Origin: Anaeramoeba ignava BMAN
Lineage: Eukaryota; Protista; Anaeramoebae
Assembly (NCBI GenBank): GCA_028826165.1
Contig: JAPDFW010000077.1
Coordinates: 345,258 to 409,257, forward strand
Direction: 5' to 3'
Length of the DNA stretch: 64,000 bases
Below the pieces are notes generated by a model, which worked only from the letters and a program-made list of their open reading frames with translations, was not told the DNA's origin and did not search any database. This document shows, piece after piece, positions 37,615 to 50,135 of the stretch. Position 1 is the first letter of the stretch. Each line of letters begins with the position of its first letter. The translations under genes and the position numbers were made by a program.

Positions 37615-39697
37615 TTAAAATTTCCTTCTTTGAAAATCTTCATATCCTTGAAAATCATTTCCTAAATATTGATTTTGAATATTATTGGGATGTTTTCTTA
37701 TTCTTCTTTGATTATTTTGTTGGTTATTATCAAAAATAATATTAGAAATTCCACTTAAATCAAAAAAATCATTTCTAATTTTGATTTTTTCTTCATAATT
37801 AAAGAATTTAAGTTTCAATCTTTCAGGAGATTTTTTATCTGATAATAAATTTAATTTTTCAAGTTTATCAATTGAATTTTCAAGAAGACTATTTTGATTA
37901 AAAAAATGGAATTAAAAATTTCCAAAAAATTCAAAAAAATTTTTTTTTTAATTTACTTTTTTAAGAATATTTTAACATAATCAATAAATATATAATTATC
38001 AAAAATAATTTTCAAAGGAACAATTTCTATTGAACTTGGGTCAATTGATTGAGGAGGAGAAAGTAACCTTAATGCTTCAAGTAAATTATAATCCAGAACT
38101 GCTGGGAATTGAAAACCTCTACAAATAACATAACTAAATCCAAAATAAAGAAAGAAGAAAAAAAATTTTTTTTTTTAATCAAAAAAAAAGTGGAACAAAA
38201 TTTTTTTGCTTTTTTTTTTTTTTTGATTACAATTCTAAATCATCATCTAATAATTCAGGTTGAAATAACCAAAATTGCTCAAAAGAATGATAAAGAATAA
38301 ATAATAAACCGAGAGTGAATTGATTTAAAAATCCTGAAATTCTACATAAAAAAGATCCACCTTTCATTAAAGTACGAAACATAATTAAAATTTCAGAAAG
38401 AAATATTCTAGAAAACTCTTGTTTATCATTTTTTTCTTTTAATCCAGAAATTAACTAAAAAAATAATTTTTTTTTTAAATCAAATCAAAAGGTGAAAAAT
38501 TTTTTTTCCAAAGAAATGTAAAAAATGGAACAAACAGAATATCCAAGAACTAAATGAAGTTGTTGTCTGTTTGCTTGATAAAATGATTGTTTAATTAATG
38601 TATTAATGTTTTCAAGATTTGAAATGTTTCCTTGATATGTGAGTAAATTAGGATGTTGAAAAAGAATTTTTTGGTTTTGATCTTCAATTTGTAAATTAAC
38701 AGGAAATTGGAATCCTTTAATATTTCCTTTAGATTTAGAGAAAATAAATTCACTAAATCCTCCTTAATTTTTTTATTTTAAATTTAATTTTAATTTTAAT
38801 TTTGATTTTAAATTTAATTTTAAATTTGATTTTAATTTTAATTTTAATTTTAATTTTGATTTTGATTTTGATTTTGATTTTGATTTTAATTTTAATTTTA
38901 ATTTTAATTTTAATTTTGATTTTAATTTTAATTTTAATTTTAATTTTAATTTTATATTTAATTTTAATTTTAATTTCAATTTTAATTTTATTTTTAATTT
39001 TAATTTGATTTTAATTTTAATTTTAAATTTTAATTTTAAATTTAATTTTAATTTTAATTTTAATTTTAATTTTAATTTTTAATTTTAATTTTAAATTAAA
39101 TTTTGATTTTAATTTTATATTTAATTTCATAAATGAATTTTAATTTTGATTTTAATTTCAATTTTAATTTAATTTCAATTTGGAAAAAATTACCCTAATT
39201 TTAAATAAAAGAATGCAAAATAAAAGAATGCAAAATTAATTGCAAAATTAAATTTAAATTGCAAAAAAATTTACAAAACCACACAATTCAAGAAAATTGA
39301 AAGAATCAAGTTCAGGAATAAAATGAAACAAATAATTTAAATAAGCAAGAATAACAACATCTTTTGATTTAAATTGAGGATGAAAAATTTCAGAAAAAGG
39401 ATTAATAATTTCTCCAATTTTTTGAATTAATTCATGATTTAATTGATTTTTTAATAATTCTCTTTTCTCAATAAGTTTTTCATCATAAATTGCTGAACGA
39501 ATATTTGTTGGTGGAATTTTAAATTGATAATTTATTTCAAAACATTCTTCTGGTTGAAAAAGTCCTATTGGTCGATTTTTTGTAAAATATTCTTGTTTTT
39601 TATCTTGTTTTTGTTGTGAAAAAATATATCTTAAATTTGGTGAAGGTAAATTTTGTATTGTAGTTGAAAGATAATCAATTTCTTTTGAAGTAAACAT
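37615..39697 (-). CDS. CMTR-like (FtsJ/RrmJ-fold cap 2'-O-methyltransferase) protein with degenerate catalytic residues, 5-6 exons
   Basis: Exons 39697-39280 (or 39697-39275 plus a 1-nt exon at 39194), 38762-38536, 38454-38231, 38133-37957 and 37888-37615. Motifs INPFSEI, FLELC..GGFSEF, GNISNLENI, TLMKGGSFLCRISGFLNQFTLGLLFILYHSFEQFWLFQP, EFYVICRGF and IVPLKIIFDNYIFIDYV align in order with CMTR1 motifs as recalled. Confidence 0.78.
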
Positions 39698-39739
39698 TAA
39701 AATGAAAAAAATGAAAAATAAAAAATGAAAAATGAAAAA

Positions 39740-40460
39740 TGAATTTTGATTTTGATTTTAATTTTGATTTTGATTTTAATTTTAATTTTGATTTTGATTT
39801 TAATTTTAATTTTGATTTTAATTTTGATTTTAATTTTAATTTTAATTTAAATTTTGATTTTGATTTTGATTTTAATTTTAATTTTAATTTGAATTTGAAT
39901 TTTAATTATAATTTTAATATTAAATTTTAATTTTAATTTTAATTTTGATTTTAATTATAATTTTAATTTTAATTTTAATTTTGATTTTAATTTTAATTTT
40001 AATTTTGATTTTAATTTTAATTTTAATTTTGATTTTAATTTTGATTTTAATTTTAATTTTAATTTTAATTTTAATTTTAATTTTAATTTTAATTTTAATT
40101 TTGATTTTGATTTTGATTTTGATTTTGATTTTGATTTTAATTTTAATTTTAATTTGAATTTGAATTTTAATTATAATTTTAATATTAAATTTTAATTTTA
40201 ATTTTAATTTTGATTTTTAATTATAATTTTAATTTTAATTTTAATTTTGATTTTAATTTTAATTTTAATTTTAATTTAAATTTTAATTTTAATTTTAATT
40301 TTAATTTTAATTTAAATTTTAATTTTAATTTTAATTTTAATTTTAATTTTAATTTTGATTATGATTTTAATTTTAATTTTAATTTTAATTTTAATTTTAA
40401 TTTTAATTTTAATTTTAATTTTAATTTTATAAATGAATTTTAATTTTAATTTTAATTTTT
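39740..40460 (-). repeat. Intergenic (AAAATT/AAAATC)n tract read on the minus strand; similar tracts at 38770-39180 (intronic) and 42425-42820
   Basis: Visible repeat. Confidence 0.9.
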
Positions 40461-40486
40461 TAATTCCAAATTATTAAAGAATTAAA

Positions 40487-42340
40487 TTAAAAAATCAAAC
40501 ATTTTCCTTTCTCTTTCTCTTTTTCTTTTTTTTCTTTGATTTGTTTTTGATTATTAAATTTGTTAATTAATAAATCAAATAAATTTGGACATGTTTGATT
40601 TAATTGAAAATAATCAATTCCTCTTTGAATTTCATTAATTATTTCTTTTGTAATTTGAATTTCATCTTTGATTTGATTTGAATAAATCCAATATTCAAAT
40701 AATTGAAATGATTTATTACTTAATTCACTATAATCTGTAACTTTATTTGAAGTATCATTTTTTACAGATAAAAACATTCCTCGATATAATTCACTTCTCA
40801 TTATTAATATTAATTTTGGGAATTTATATTGTTTTTCTTTTCTTTCAATAATAAAATCTTTTTCTTTTTCATTTAAATAAATTCTTTTAATTGTTTCTTC
40901 AATTTTTTCATTTGAATTTATAATTTCTTTAATTTCAGAATATAATATTGGATTTATTTTGGAATTATTTGAATAAATCATTTCAAATATTTGATTTGAT
41001 TCTTTAATTGATTTATTTGAAATAATTTCTTTAAGTTTTTCAATTTGATTTTGATTTAATCTATATTTCAATATTAATTTATGAGCTTCAATTATTTCTC
41101 CATTTTCTGTTTTAAATGAAATATTACAAAATTCTTTTCTTCTAAATAATTTTATCAAATCTTCTTCAAGGTTGGAAAAAGAAGGAGGAGAATAATAAAT
41201 AAATGATTTTTCATATCCACAAGAAACATGATAATTGTAAATTTCTTCATTAAATCTTAATTTAGGAAGTTCAATTTGAATTGGAATTGATTGATCATCT
41301 GTATCTCCAGTTCCTAATTGACCATGATTATTCCCTCCAAATACTATTAATTTTGAATTGGATGTTAAAATCAAAGTATGAATATTTCCAACAGAAAATT
41401 CAAGAATAATATCATCATCATTTTCAAATAAAGATGATTTGATTTCAGTAAATTCATAAGTATTTTTATTTTTGCCAAGTCCATTTAATTCATAATTTCC
41501 ACATGAATAAAGTTTTCTTTTTGGATTTTCATTTTGATTTTCATCTTCAATCAACATTACTGAATGATAAGCTCCACATTGAATATCAATTATTTTGCCT
41601 TTTGGAATATTTTGGATTTTGGTTAATTTTTGGATTTTTGATTCATTTCTTGATTCTCCTAATCCAAGTTGACCAGATGCATTAAATCCGCATTCAAATA
41701 ATTCTTGATTTGAATTTAAAATAAAAACATGATATGAATAAATTCCTGAAAATATTTTAGAAACATTTTTCATCATTAAAATTGGTTTTTGTGTTTTTTC
41801 AAGTGTTACAAGATCAAAACCAAGTTGACAATATTCATTTGCACCAATTCCATAAGCATTTTGATTTGAAGTTAATAAGTAAATTGAATTATATCCGCAA
41901 ACAATATCTTCAATTATTCTATCATTTGTATCTTCAATTAATGATGAAATATTGATAAATTGATTTGGATCATATGGATTAATATATCTTCCTTTGGCAA
42001 ATACATTTCCTTCTTTTGTTAAAATAGCTTCATTTTCCCAACCAACAGTTACTTTTTGAATATTTTCTATTGAGATTTTTGAAGGATTTAAATCTTCACT
42101 TTCATATTCGTCTTCCTCTTTAAATAAATCGTCATCTAAATCGTCTTTTAAATATTCTATTGCTTTTCCATTTTTAAAAAGGAAAATTATTGATAATTGA
42201 CCTGATGAAATTTGTTTAATTTGTTTTTCATTTTTATTTTCATTTTTAAATTTAAATTGAATTGGTTTTTTTATTGAATATGGTTCATTTTTGATAAGTT
42301 TTGGGTTGTTATTTAAACCAAGAAATAAAATTTCATTCAT
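40487..42340 (-). CDS. RCC1-BTB-BTB protein, copy 3, CaaX (KGKCLIF)
   Basis: Intact 617-aa ORF with the family motifs. Confidence 0.9.
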   Translation of the reverse strand: MNEILFLGLNNNPKLIKNEPYSIKKPIQFKFKNENKNEKQIKQISSGQLSIIFLFKNGKAIEYLKDDLDDDLFKEEDEYESEDLNPSKISIENIQKVTVGWENEAILTKEGNVFAKGRYINPYDPNQFINISSLIEDTNDRIIEDIVCGYNSIYLLTSNQNAYGIGANEYCQLGFDLVTLEKTQKPILMMKNVSKIFSGIYSYHVFILNSNQELFECGFNASGQLGLGESRNESKIQKLTKIQNIPKGKIIDIQCGAYHSVMLIEDENQNENPKRKLYSCGNYELNGLGKNKNTYEFTEIKSSLFENDDDIILEFSVGNIHTLILTSNSKLIVFGGNNHGQLGTGDTDDQSIPIQIELPKLRFNEEIYNYHVSCGYEKSFIYYSPPSFSNLEEDLIKLFRRKEFCNISFKTENGEIIEAHKLILKYRLNQNQIEKLKEIISNKSIKESNQIFEMIYSNNSKINPILYSEIKEIINSNEKIEETIKRIYLNEKEKDFIIERKEKQYKFPKLILIMRSELYRGMFLSVKNDTSNKVTDYSELSNKSFQLFEYWIYSNQIKDEIQITKEIINEIQRGIDYFQLNQTCPNLFDLLINKFNNQKQIKEKKEKEKEKGKCLIF

Positions 42341-42820
42341 TTTCTTTTTTTAATTTTTATTTTTTTAATTTTTTTGAAAAGAAAAAAATGAAAAAAAATT
42401 TTGGAATTTTTTTTTTTGAATTAGAATTTTAATTTTAATTTTAATTTTAATTTTAATTTTAATTTTATAAATTAATTTTAATTTTAATTTTAATTTTAAT
42501 TTTAATTTTAATTTTGATTTTAATTTTAATTTAAATTTTAATTTTAATTTTAATTTTGATTTTAATTTTAATTTAAATTTTAATTTTTAATTTTATAAAT
42601 TAATTTTAATTTTAATTTTAATTTTAATTTTGATTTTAATTTTAATTTTAATTTTTATTTTAATTTTAATTTTAATTTTAATTTTGATTTTAATTATAAT
42701 TTTAATTTTAATTTTAATTTTAATTTTAATTTTAATTTTAATTTTAATTTTAATTTTAATTTTGATTTTAATTATAATTTTAATTTTAATTTTAATTTTG
42801 ATTTTGATTTTAATTTTAAT

Positions 42821-44659
42821 TTAAAAAATTAAACATTTTTCTTTCTTTTTTTGATTTTGATTTTGATTATTAAATTTGTTAATTAATAAATCAAATAAAT
42901 TTGGACATGTTTGATTTAATTGAAAATAATCAATTCCTCTTTGAATTTCATTAATAATTTCTTGTGTAATTTGAATTTCATCTTTAATTTGATTTGAATA
43001 AATCCAATATTCAAATATCTCAAATGATTTGTCACACAATTCACTATAATCTGTAACTTTATTAGAAGTATCATTTGTTACAGATAAAAACATTCCTCGA
43101 TATAAATCACTTCTCATTATTAATATTAATTTTGGAAATTTATATTGTTTTTCTTTTCTTTCAATAATAAAATCTTTTTCTTTTTCATTTAAATAAATTC
43201 TTTTAATTGTTTCTTCAATTTTTTCATTTGAATTTATAATTTCTTTAATTTCAGAATATAATATTGGATTTATTTTGGAATTGTTTGAATAAATCATTTC
43301 AAATATTTGATTTGATTCTTTAATTGATTTATTTGAAATAATTTCTTGAAGTTTTTCAATTTGATTTTGATTTTGATTTAATCTATATTTCAATATTAAT
43401 TTATGAGCTGAAATTATTTCTCCATTTTCTGTTTTAAATGAAACGTTACAAAATTCTTTTCTTCTAAATAATTTTATCAAATCTTCTTCAAGATTTGAAA
43501 AAGAAGGAGGAGAATAATAAAGAAATGATTTTTCATATCCACAAGAAACATGATAGTTGTAAATTTTTTCATTAAATCTTAATTTAGGAAGTTCAATTTG
43601 AATTGGAATTGATTGATCATCTGTATCTCCAGTTCCTAATTGACCATGATTATTCCCTCCAAATACTATTAATTTTGAATTGGATGTTAAAATCAAAGTA
43701 TGAGTATTTCCAACAGAAAATTCAAGAATAATATCATCATTTTCAAATAAAGATGATTTGATTTCAGTAAATTCATAAGTATCTTTATTTTTGCCAAGTC
43801 CATTTAATTCATAATCTCCACATGAATAAAGTTTTCTTTTTGGATTTTGATTTTCATCTTCATTTTCAATCAACATTATTGAATGATGATTTCCACATTT
43901 AATATCAATTATTTTACCTTTTGGAATATTTTGGATTTGGGTTAATTTATAGATTTTTGTTTCATTTCTTGATTTTCCTAATCAAAGTTGACCATAATAG
44001 TTATCACCACATCCAAATAATTTCTGATTTGAATTTAAAAGAAAAACATGAATTGAAGCAATTCCTGAGAATATTTTAGAAACATTTTTCATCATTAAAA
44101 TTGGTTTTTCTGCTTTATAAAGTGTTACAGAATCAAAACCAAGTTGACCATATTCATTTGAACCAATTCCATAAACATTTTGATTTGAAGTTAATAAGTA
44201 AATTGAATAAGCACCAGAAACAATATCTTCAATTATTCTATCATTTGTATCTTCAATTAATGATGAAATATTGATAAATTCTTTTCGATTTTTTGGATTA
44301 ATATAATTTCCTTTTGCAAATACATTTCCTTCTTTTGTTAAAATAGCTTCATTTAGAGCACCAACAGTTACTTTTTGAATATTTTCAATTTGAATTTCTG
44401 AAGGATTTAAATCTTCACTTTCATATTCGTCTTCCTCTTTAAATAAATAGTCATATAAATCGTCTTTTAAATATTCTATTGCTTTTCCATTTTTAAAAAG
44501 GAAAATTGTTGAATATCTTCCTGATGAAATTTGTTTAATTTGTTTTTCATTTTTATTTTCATTTTTAAATTTAAATTGAATTGGTTTTGTTATTTCTTCT
44601 GGTTCATTTTTGATAAGAATTGGTTTGTTATTTAAACCAAAAAATAAACAATCATTCAT
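42821..44659 (-). pseudogene. RCC1-BTB-BTB copy 4 interrupted by a single in-frame TGA at 43982-43984
   Basis: The two ORF-track pieces are in the same frame; CAA CTT TGA TTA GGA stands where paralogues have CAA CTT GGA TTA GGA (QLGLG). Confidence 0.8.
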
Positions 44660-44748
44660 TTTCTTTTTTTAATTTTTATTTTTTTAATTTTTTTGAAAAG
44701 AAAAAAATGAAAAAAAATTTTGGAATTTTTTTTTTTTGAATTTGAATT

Positions 44749-45672
44749 TTAATCATAAAAATCATCTGATAAAACGGTTAAAATTTCATTCATATTTTGA
44801 TTTTGTTGATTCAAAGTAGAGAATAATTCTTGAGATAATTTCTTCAATAAAGAATTTTCCTTTTTTAGATTTCCTTTTTGAATAGAAGAATTTTCAGATC
44901 TTTTGATTCTTTTTTGGAGATGTTTTTCGAGATCCAAATATTTTTTTTGATGTAATTCTTTTTCGTTTTCAATTTTATTTTCAAGTTGTTTCAAATTATC
45001 TTTTTTAGAATCAATTGAACTCTTAATAGAATCATGAATTTCTTGAATATTTTGAATTATTGGTAAATTTTGATAATTTTGGAATTTTGTGTTTATTTTT
45101 TCAATTAAATCCTTAATTTCAGAATCAATTTCTTCAACAGTATTTTCAACTTCGTTATAAATTTGTTTAAGATCACTTAATGATCTTTCTTTCATTCTTT
45201 GTTCTTCTAAAAAATCTTGTTTTGCATCAATTTCAGTAAAAATTTCTCCTTCAACTTGAACAAGTTTTAAATGAAATTCGAGAATTTTTTTTGGATCATT
45301 TTTAAAAGTCCAAGAAACAACAGCTTCACTTTTAGCTTGACTTAAAAAAAATGATTTAAATTTTTTTGATTTAAATTTTTTGATTTAAAATTTTTTTTTT
45401 CATTTTTACAGTTTAAAAAGTCTATTAACTTGTTCTAATACTTGATCTGTTTCTACATATAAATGTGGTTGTGTTTCTGTTGAAACTTCTAATATTGATA
45501 AACCTTCAAAAGTTTCTTTTTCTTTTGGATCTAATATTCTTCTAAAATTTGAATTTAAAGCTATAAATTTATATTTTGAATTTATAACTGCTTTTGGATT
45601 TAATTCATAATTTTTAATTGATTTAAAATATTCTATTTTATTTTTTTCTTTTTCAACGAAAGAATTCCCCAT
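44749..45672 (-). CDS. Putative N-myristoylated PAS-like domain + coiled-coil protein, 2 exons
   Basis: MGNSF start; exon 45672-45410; GT-AG intron 45409-45341; exon 45340-44749 in frame. PKAVINSKYKFIALNSNFRRIL...G.SI.EVS resembles a PAS fold start; heptad-rich C-terminus. The domain call is tentative. Confidence 0.7.
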
Positions 45673-45759
45673 TTTATTTAAAAATGAAAATAGATAAAAA
45701 ATGAAAAAAATGAAAAAAATGAAAAAAAAAACCAACAAAGTTTTTAATTTTTAAATTAA

Positions 45760-47735
45760 CTTTTAATTAATTTTTAATCAATTTTTAATTAATATTTAAT
45801 CAATTTTTAATCAATTTTTAATCAATTTTTAATCAATTTTTAATCAATATTTAATCAATATTTAATCAATTTTTAATTAATATTTAATCAATATTTAATT
45901 AATTTTTAATCAATTTTTAATCAACTTTTAATTAATATTTAATCAATTTTTAATCAATATTTAATCAATATTTAATTAATATTTAATTAATATTTAATTA
46001 ATATTTAATTAATATTTAATTAATTTTTAATCAATTTTTAATCAATTTTTAATTAATATTTAATTAATATTTAATTAATATTTAATCAATATTTAATCAA
46101 TTTTTAATTAATATTTAATCAATATTTAATTAATTTTTAATTAATTTTTAATCAATATTTAATCAATTTTTGATTAATTTTTAATCAATTTTTAATTAAT
46201 ATTTAATCAATATTTAATCAATATTTAATCAATATTTAATTAATATTTAATCAATATTTAATTAATATTTAATTAATATTTAATCAATATTTAATTAATA
46301 TTTAATCAATTTTTAATTAATATTTAATCAATTTTTAATTAATTTTTAATTAATATTTAATCAATATTTAATCAATATTTAATCAATATTTAATTAATAT
46401 TTAATTAATTTTTAATCAATTTTAATTAGTATTTAATCAATATTTAATTAATTTTTAATCAATTTTTAATTAATTTTTTAATCAATATTTAATCAATTTT
46501 TATTTTAATATTTAATCAATATTTAATTAATATTTAATCAATTTTTAATTAATATTTTAATCAATATTTAATCAATTTTTAATTAGTATTTAATCAATAT
46601 TTAATTAATATTTAATCAATATTTAATTAATATTTAATTAATTTTTAATTAATTTTTAATTAATTTTTAATTAATATTTAATCAATATTTAATTAATATT
46701 TAATCAATTTTTAATCAATTTTTAATTAATATTTAATCAATTTTTAATCAATATTTAATTAATATTTAATTAATATTTAATTAATATTTAATCAATATTT
46801 AATCAATTTTTAATTAATATTTAACAATATTTAATTAATATTTAATTAATTTTTAATCAATTTTTAATCAATATTTAATTAATTTTTAATTAATATTTAA
46901 TCAATATTTAATCAATATTTAATTAATATTTAATTAATATTTAATTAATTTTTAATCAATTTTTAATCAATATTTAATCAATTTTTAATCAATTTTTAAT
47001 CAATATTTAATTAATATTTAATTAATATTTAATCAACTTTTTAATTAATATTTAATTAATTTTTAATTAATTTTTAATTAATATTTAATCAATTTTTAAT
47101 CAATATTTAATTAATTTTTAATTAATATTTAATTAAATTTTTAATTAATATTTATTTAATTTTTAATCAATTTTTAATCAATTTTAATTAATTTTTAATC
47201 AATTTTTAATTAATTTTTTAATCAATTTTTAATCAATATTTAATTAATATTTAATCAATTTTTAATTAATATTTAATTAACTTTTTAATCAATATTTGAT
47301 CAATTTTTAATTAATTTTTAATTAATTTTTAATCAATATTTAATTAATTTTTAATTAATTTTTAATCAATTTTTAATCAATATTTAATTAATTTTTTAAT
47401 TAATATTTAATCAATTTTTAATCAATTTTTAATCAATATTTAATCAATATTTAATTAATATTTAATTAATTTTTAATTAATATTTAATTAGTATTTAATT
47501 AATATTTAATTAATTTTTAATTAATTTTTAATCAATTTTTAACTAATATTTAATTAATATTTAATCAATATTTAATCAATTTTTAATCAATTTTTAATTA
47601 ATATTTAATCAATTTTTAATCAATATTTAATTAATATTTAATCAATTTTTAATTAATATTTAATCAATATTTAATCAATTTTTAATTAATATTTAATCAA
47701 TATTTAATCAATTTTTAATTAATATTTAATTAATA
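45760..47735. repeat. ~2-kb array of an 11-bp unit (TTAATYAATWT)n
   Basis: Visible periodicity with two variable positions. Confidence 0.93.
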
Positions 47736-47746
47736 TTGAAATGGAA

Positions 47747-50056
47747 TCATTTCTTAACAAGTTCAGCAAGTTTTTTAATTATTTCAGGAGTTGTTGAACA
47801 ACAACCACCAACAATAGAACATTTCTTATTAATAAAAAGATTATGAAGAAGAGAAACAAAATCATTTTCAGAAAATCCTGAATCAGGTAGAAAAGTTTGT
47901 TTTTCAGAATCCCAAATATTTCCAAGATTTGGATAACACATGATGATTTTTTGCTTTTTTTGTTTTTTCATAACTTCATTTGCTATATCAACTAAATTAG
48001 GGACAAATTCAGGTTTTGTACAATTAATTCCAATTGCTAAAAAATTATCACATTCTAAACAAATTTTAACACAATCTGCAAAAAGTGTCCCATCATTTAT
48101 TTGTTCTTTATTTTTGCAGGCAAATGAAATGTATGCTTTTTTTGAAATTTTTCCTGAATTGAAAATTTCTATTAATGCTTCTGCTTCAAGAAATGATGGC
48201 ATTGTTTCTAATGCAATTATATCTGTATTTGGATTTTCACAACATAATTCAAGACGTTCAAGATGAAAATCAATTAATTCTTGTTTTGTTTTATTAAAAA
48301 ATCCTGTATATTCAGAACCATCTGCTAAAAAAGCGGCTTTTGGATTTTAATTTTGGATTTTAATTTTAATTTGAATTTGAATTTTGAATTTGGATTTTAA
48401 TTTTAATTTTAATTTGGATTTTAATTTGAATTTTAATTTTAATTTTAATTTTAAATTTAATTTTAATTTGAATTTTAATTTTAATTTGAATTTTAATTTT
48501 GATTTTGATTTTAATTTTGATTTTGATTTTAATTTTAATTTTAATTTTAATTTTAATTTTAATTTTGGATTTTAATTTTAATTTGAATTTTAATTTTGAT
48601 TTTGAATTTTGAATTTTAATTTTAATTTGAATGAGAAAAAATACCATAAGAACCAATGCTAGCACCAACAAGAGGAATATTTTCAATTTCATAATTTAAT
48701 GATTTTAAATAATCTTCTCTTGCTTCAGCAACTAAATCAATCCCCTTATGAAATAATTCGATTGATTTATCTTTTTCAAATCCAATTTTTTTCATCGTTT
48801 CAAAAGTAAATTGATAAGTAGCAGAAACAACAATATCAGCTCCTTTTTAAATTTGATATTAAAATTTATTTAGATTTAGATTTAGATTTAGATTTATAAA
48901 TAGATTTATATTTATATTTATATTTATATTTATATTTAGATTTATATTTATATTTATATTTAGATTTAGATTTAGATTTATATTTATATTTAGATTTAGA
49001 TTTAGATTTAGATTTAGATTTAGATTTAGATTTATATTTATAAATTGATTTAGATTTAGATTTAGATTTAGATTTATATTTATATTTATATTTAGATTTA
49101 GATTTAGATTTAGATTTATATTTAGATTTAGATTTAGATTTATATTTAGATTTAGATTTATATTTATATTTATATTTATAAATTGTTTTAGATTTAGATT
49201 TATATTTATATTTATAAATTGATTTAGATTTATAAATTGATTTAGATTCAGATTTAGATTCAGATTTAGATTTAGATTTAGATTTAGATTTAGATTTAGA
49301 TTTATAAATTGATTTAGATTTAGATTTAGATTTAGATTTAGTTTTAGATTTAGATTTATAAATTGATTTAGATTTATATTTATATTTATAAATTGATTTA
49401 GTTTTAGATTTATAAATTGATTTAGATTCAGATTTAGATTCAGATTTAGATTTAGATTTAGATTTAGATTTAGATTTAGATTTATAAATTGATTTAGATT
49501 TAGATTTAGATTTAGATTTAGATTTAGATTTAGATTTATAAATTGATTTAGATTTAGATTTAGATTTAGATTTAGATTTAGATTTAGATTTATAAATTGA
49601 TTTAGATTTATATTTATATTTATAAATTGATTTAGTTTTAGATTTAGATTTAGTTTTAGATTTAGATTTAGATTTAGATTTAGATTTAGATTTAGATTTA
49701 GATTTAGATTTAGATTTATATTTATATTTAGATTTAGATTTATATTTATATTTAGATTTAGATTTAGATTTAGATTTAGATTTAGATTTATAAATTGATT
49801 TAGATTTATATTTATATTAATATTTATATTTAGAAATAGATTTATATTTAGAAATTTATTGTAAATGTTTAAAGAGATAAAAAAAACCTGCTAAATAATA
49901 ATCATAATGAATTTGCTTTAAAAGTTCAGGTTTTTCTAAAATTGCTTTTGCACTCCAAAGAACTTCACCATCAACAGAAAAACCTCTCCTTGAAATTTCA
50001 GTACCAAGAGCACCATCAATCATTTTACATTTTGAAAAATCCATAACTTTTTTCAT
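47747..50056 (-). CDS. mmuM: Homocysteine S-methyltransferase (MmuM/HMT type), 3 exons
   Basis: Exons 50056-49888, 48842-48645 and 48336-47747. Motifs IDGALGTE, LWSA, IHYDYYLAGADI, ATYQ, ASIGSYAAFLADGSEYTG, ALETMPS, GINC, YPN and GGCC (Zn ligands). Confidence 0.92.
48870..49855. repeat. (TTTAGA/TTTATA)n hexamer array filling intron 1 of the methyltransferase gene
   Basis: Visible repeat. Confidence 0.93.
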
Positions 50057-50135
50057 TTTAACGGAAATAATAAAAAAAATTAAAAAAGAAAAAATGAATA
50101 ATTTTTTTTTTCATTTTTTTTTTCTTCTTTTAAAA

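Noticed and set aside
43982-43984. Alternative genetic code or selenocysteine at the in-frame TGA
   Set aside because: The homologous residue is Gly, TGA terminates several other genes in the window, and Trp is encoded by TGG throughout.
48870-49855. Interstitial telomere, (TTTAGA)n
   Set aside because: Lacks G-runs, interconverts with TTTATA and lies within an intron like the other hexamer tracts.
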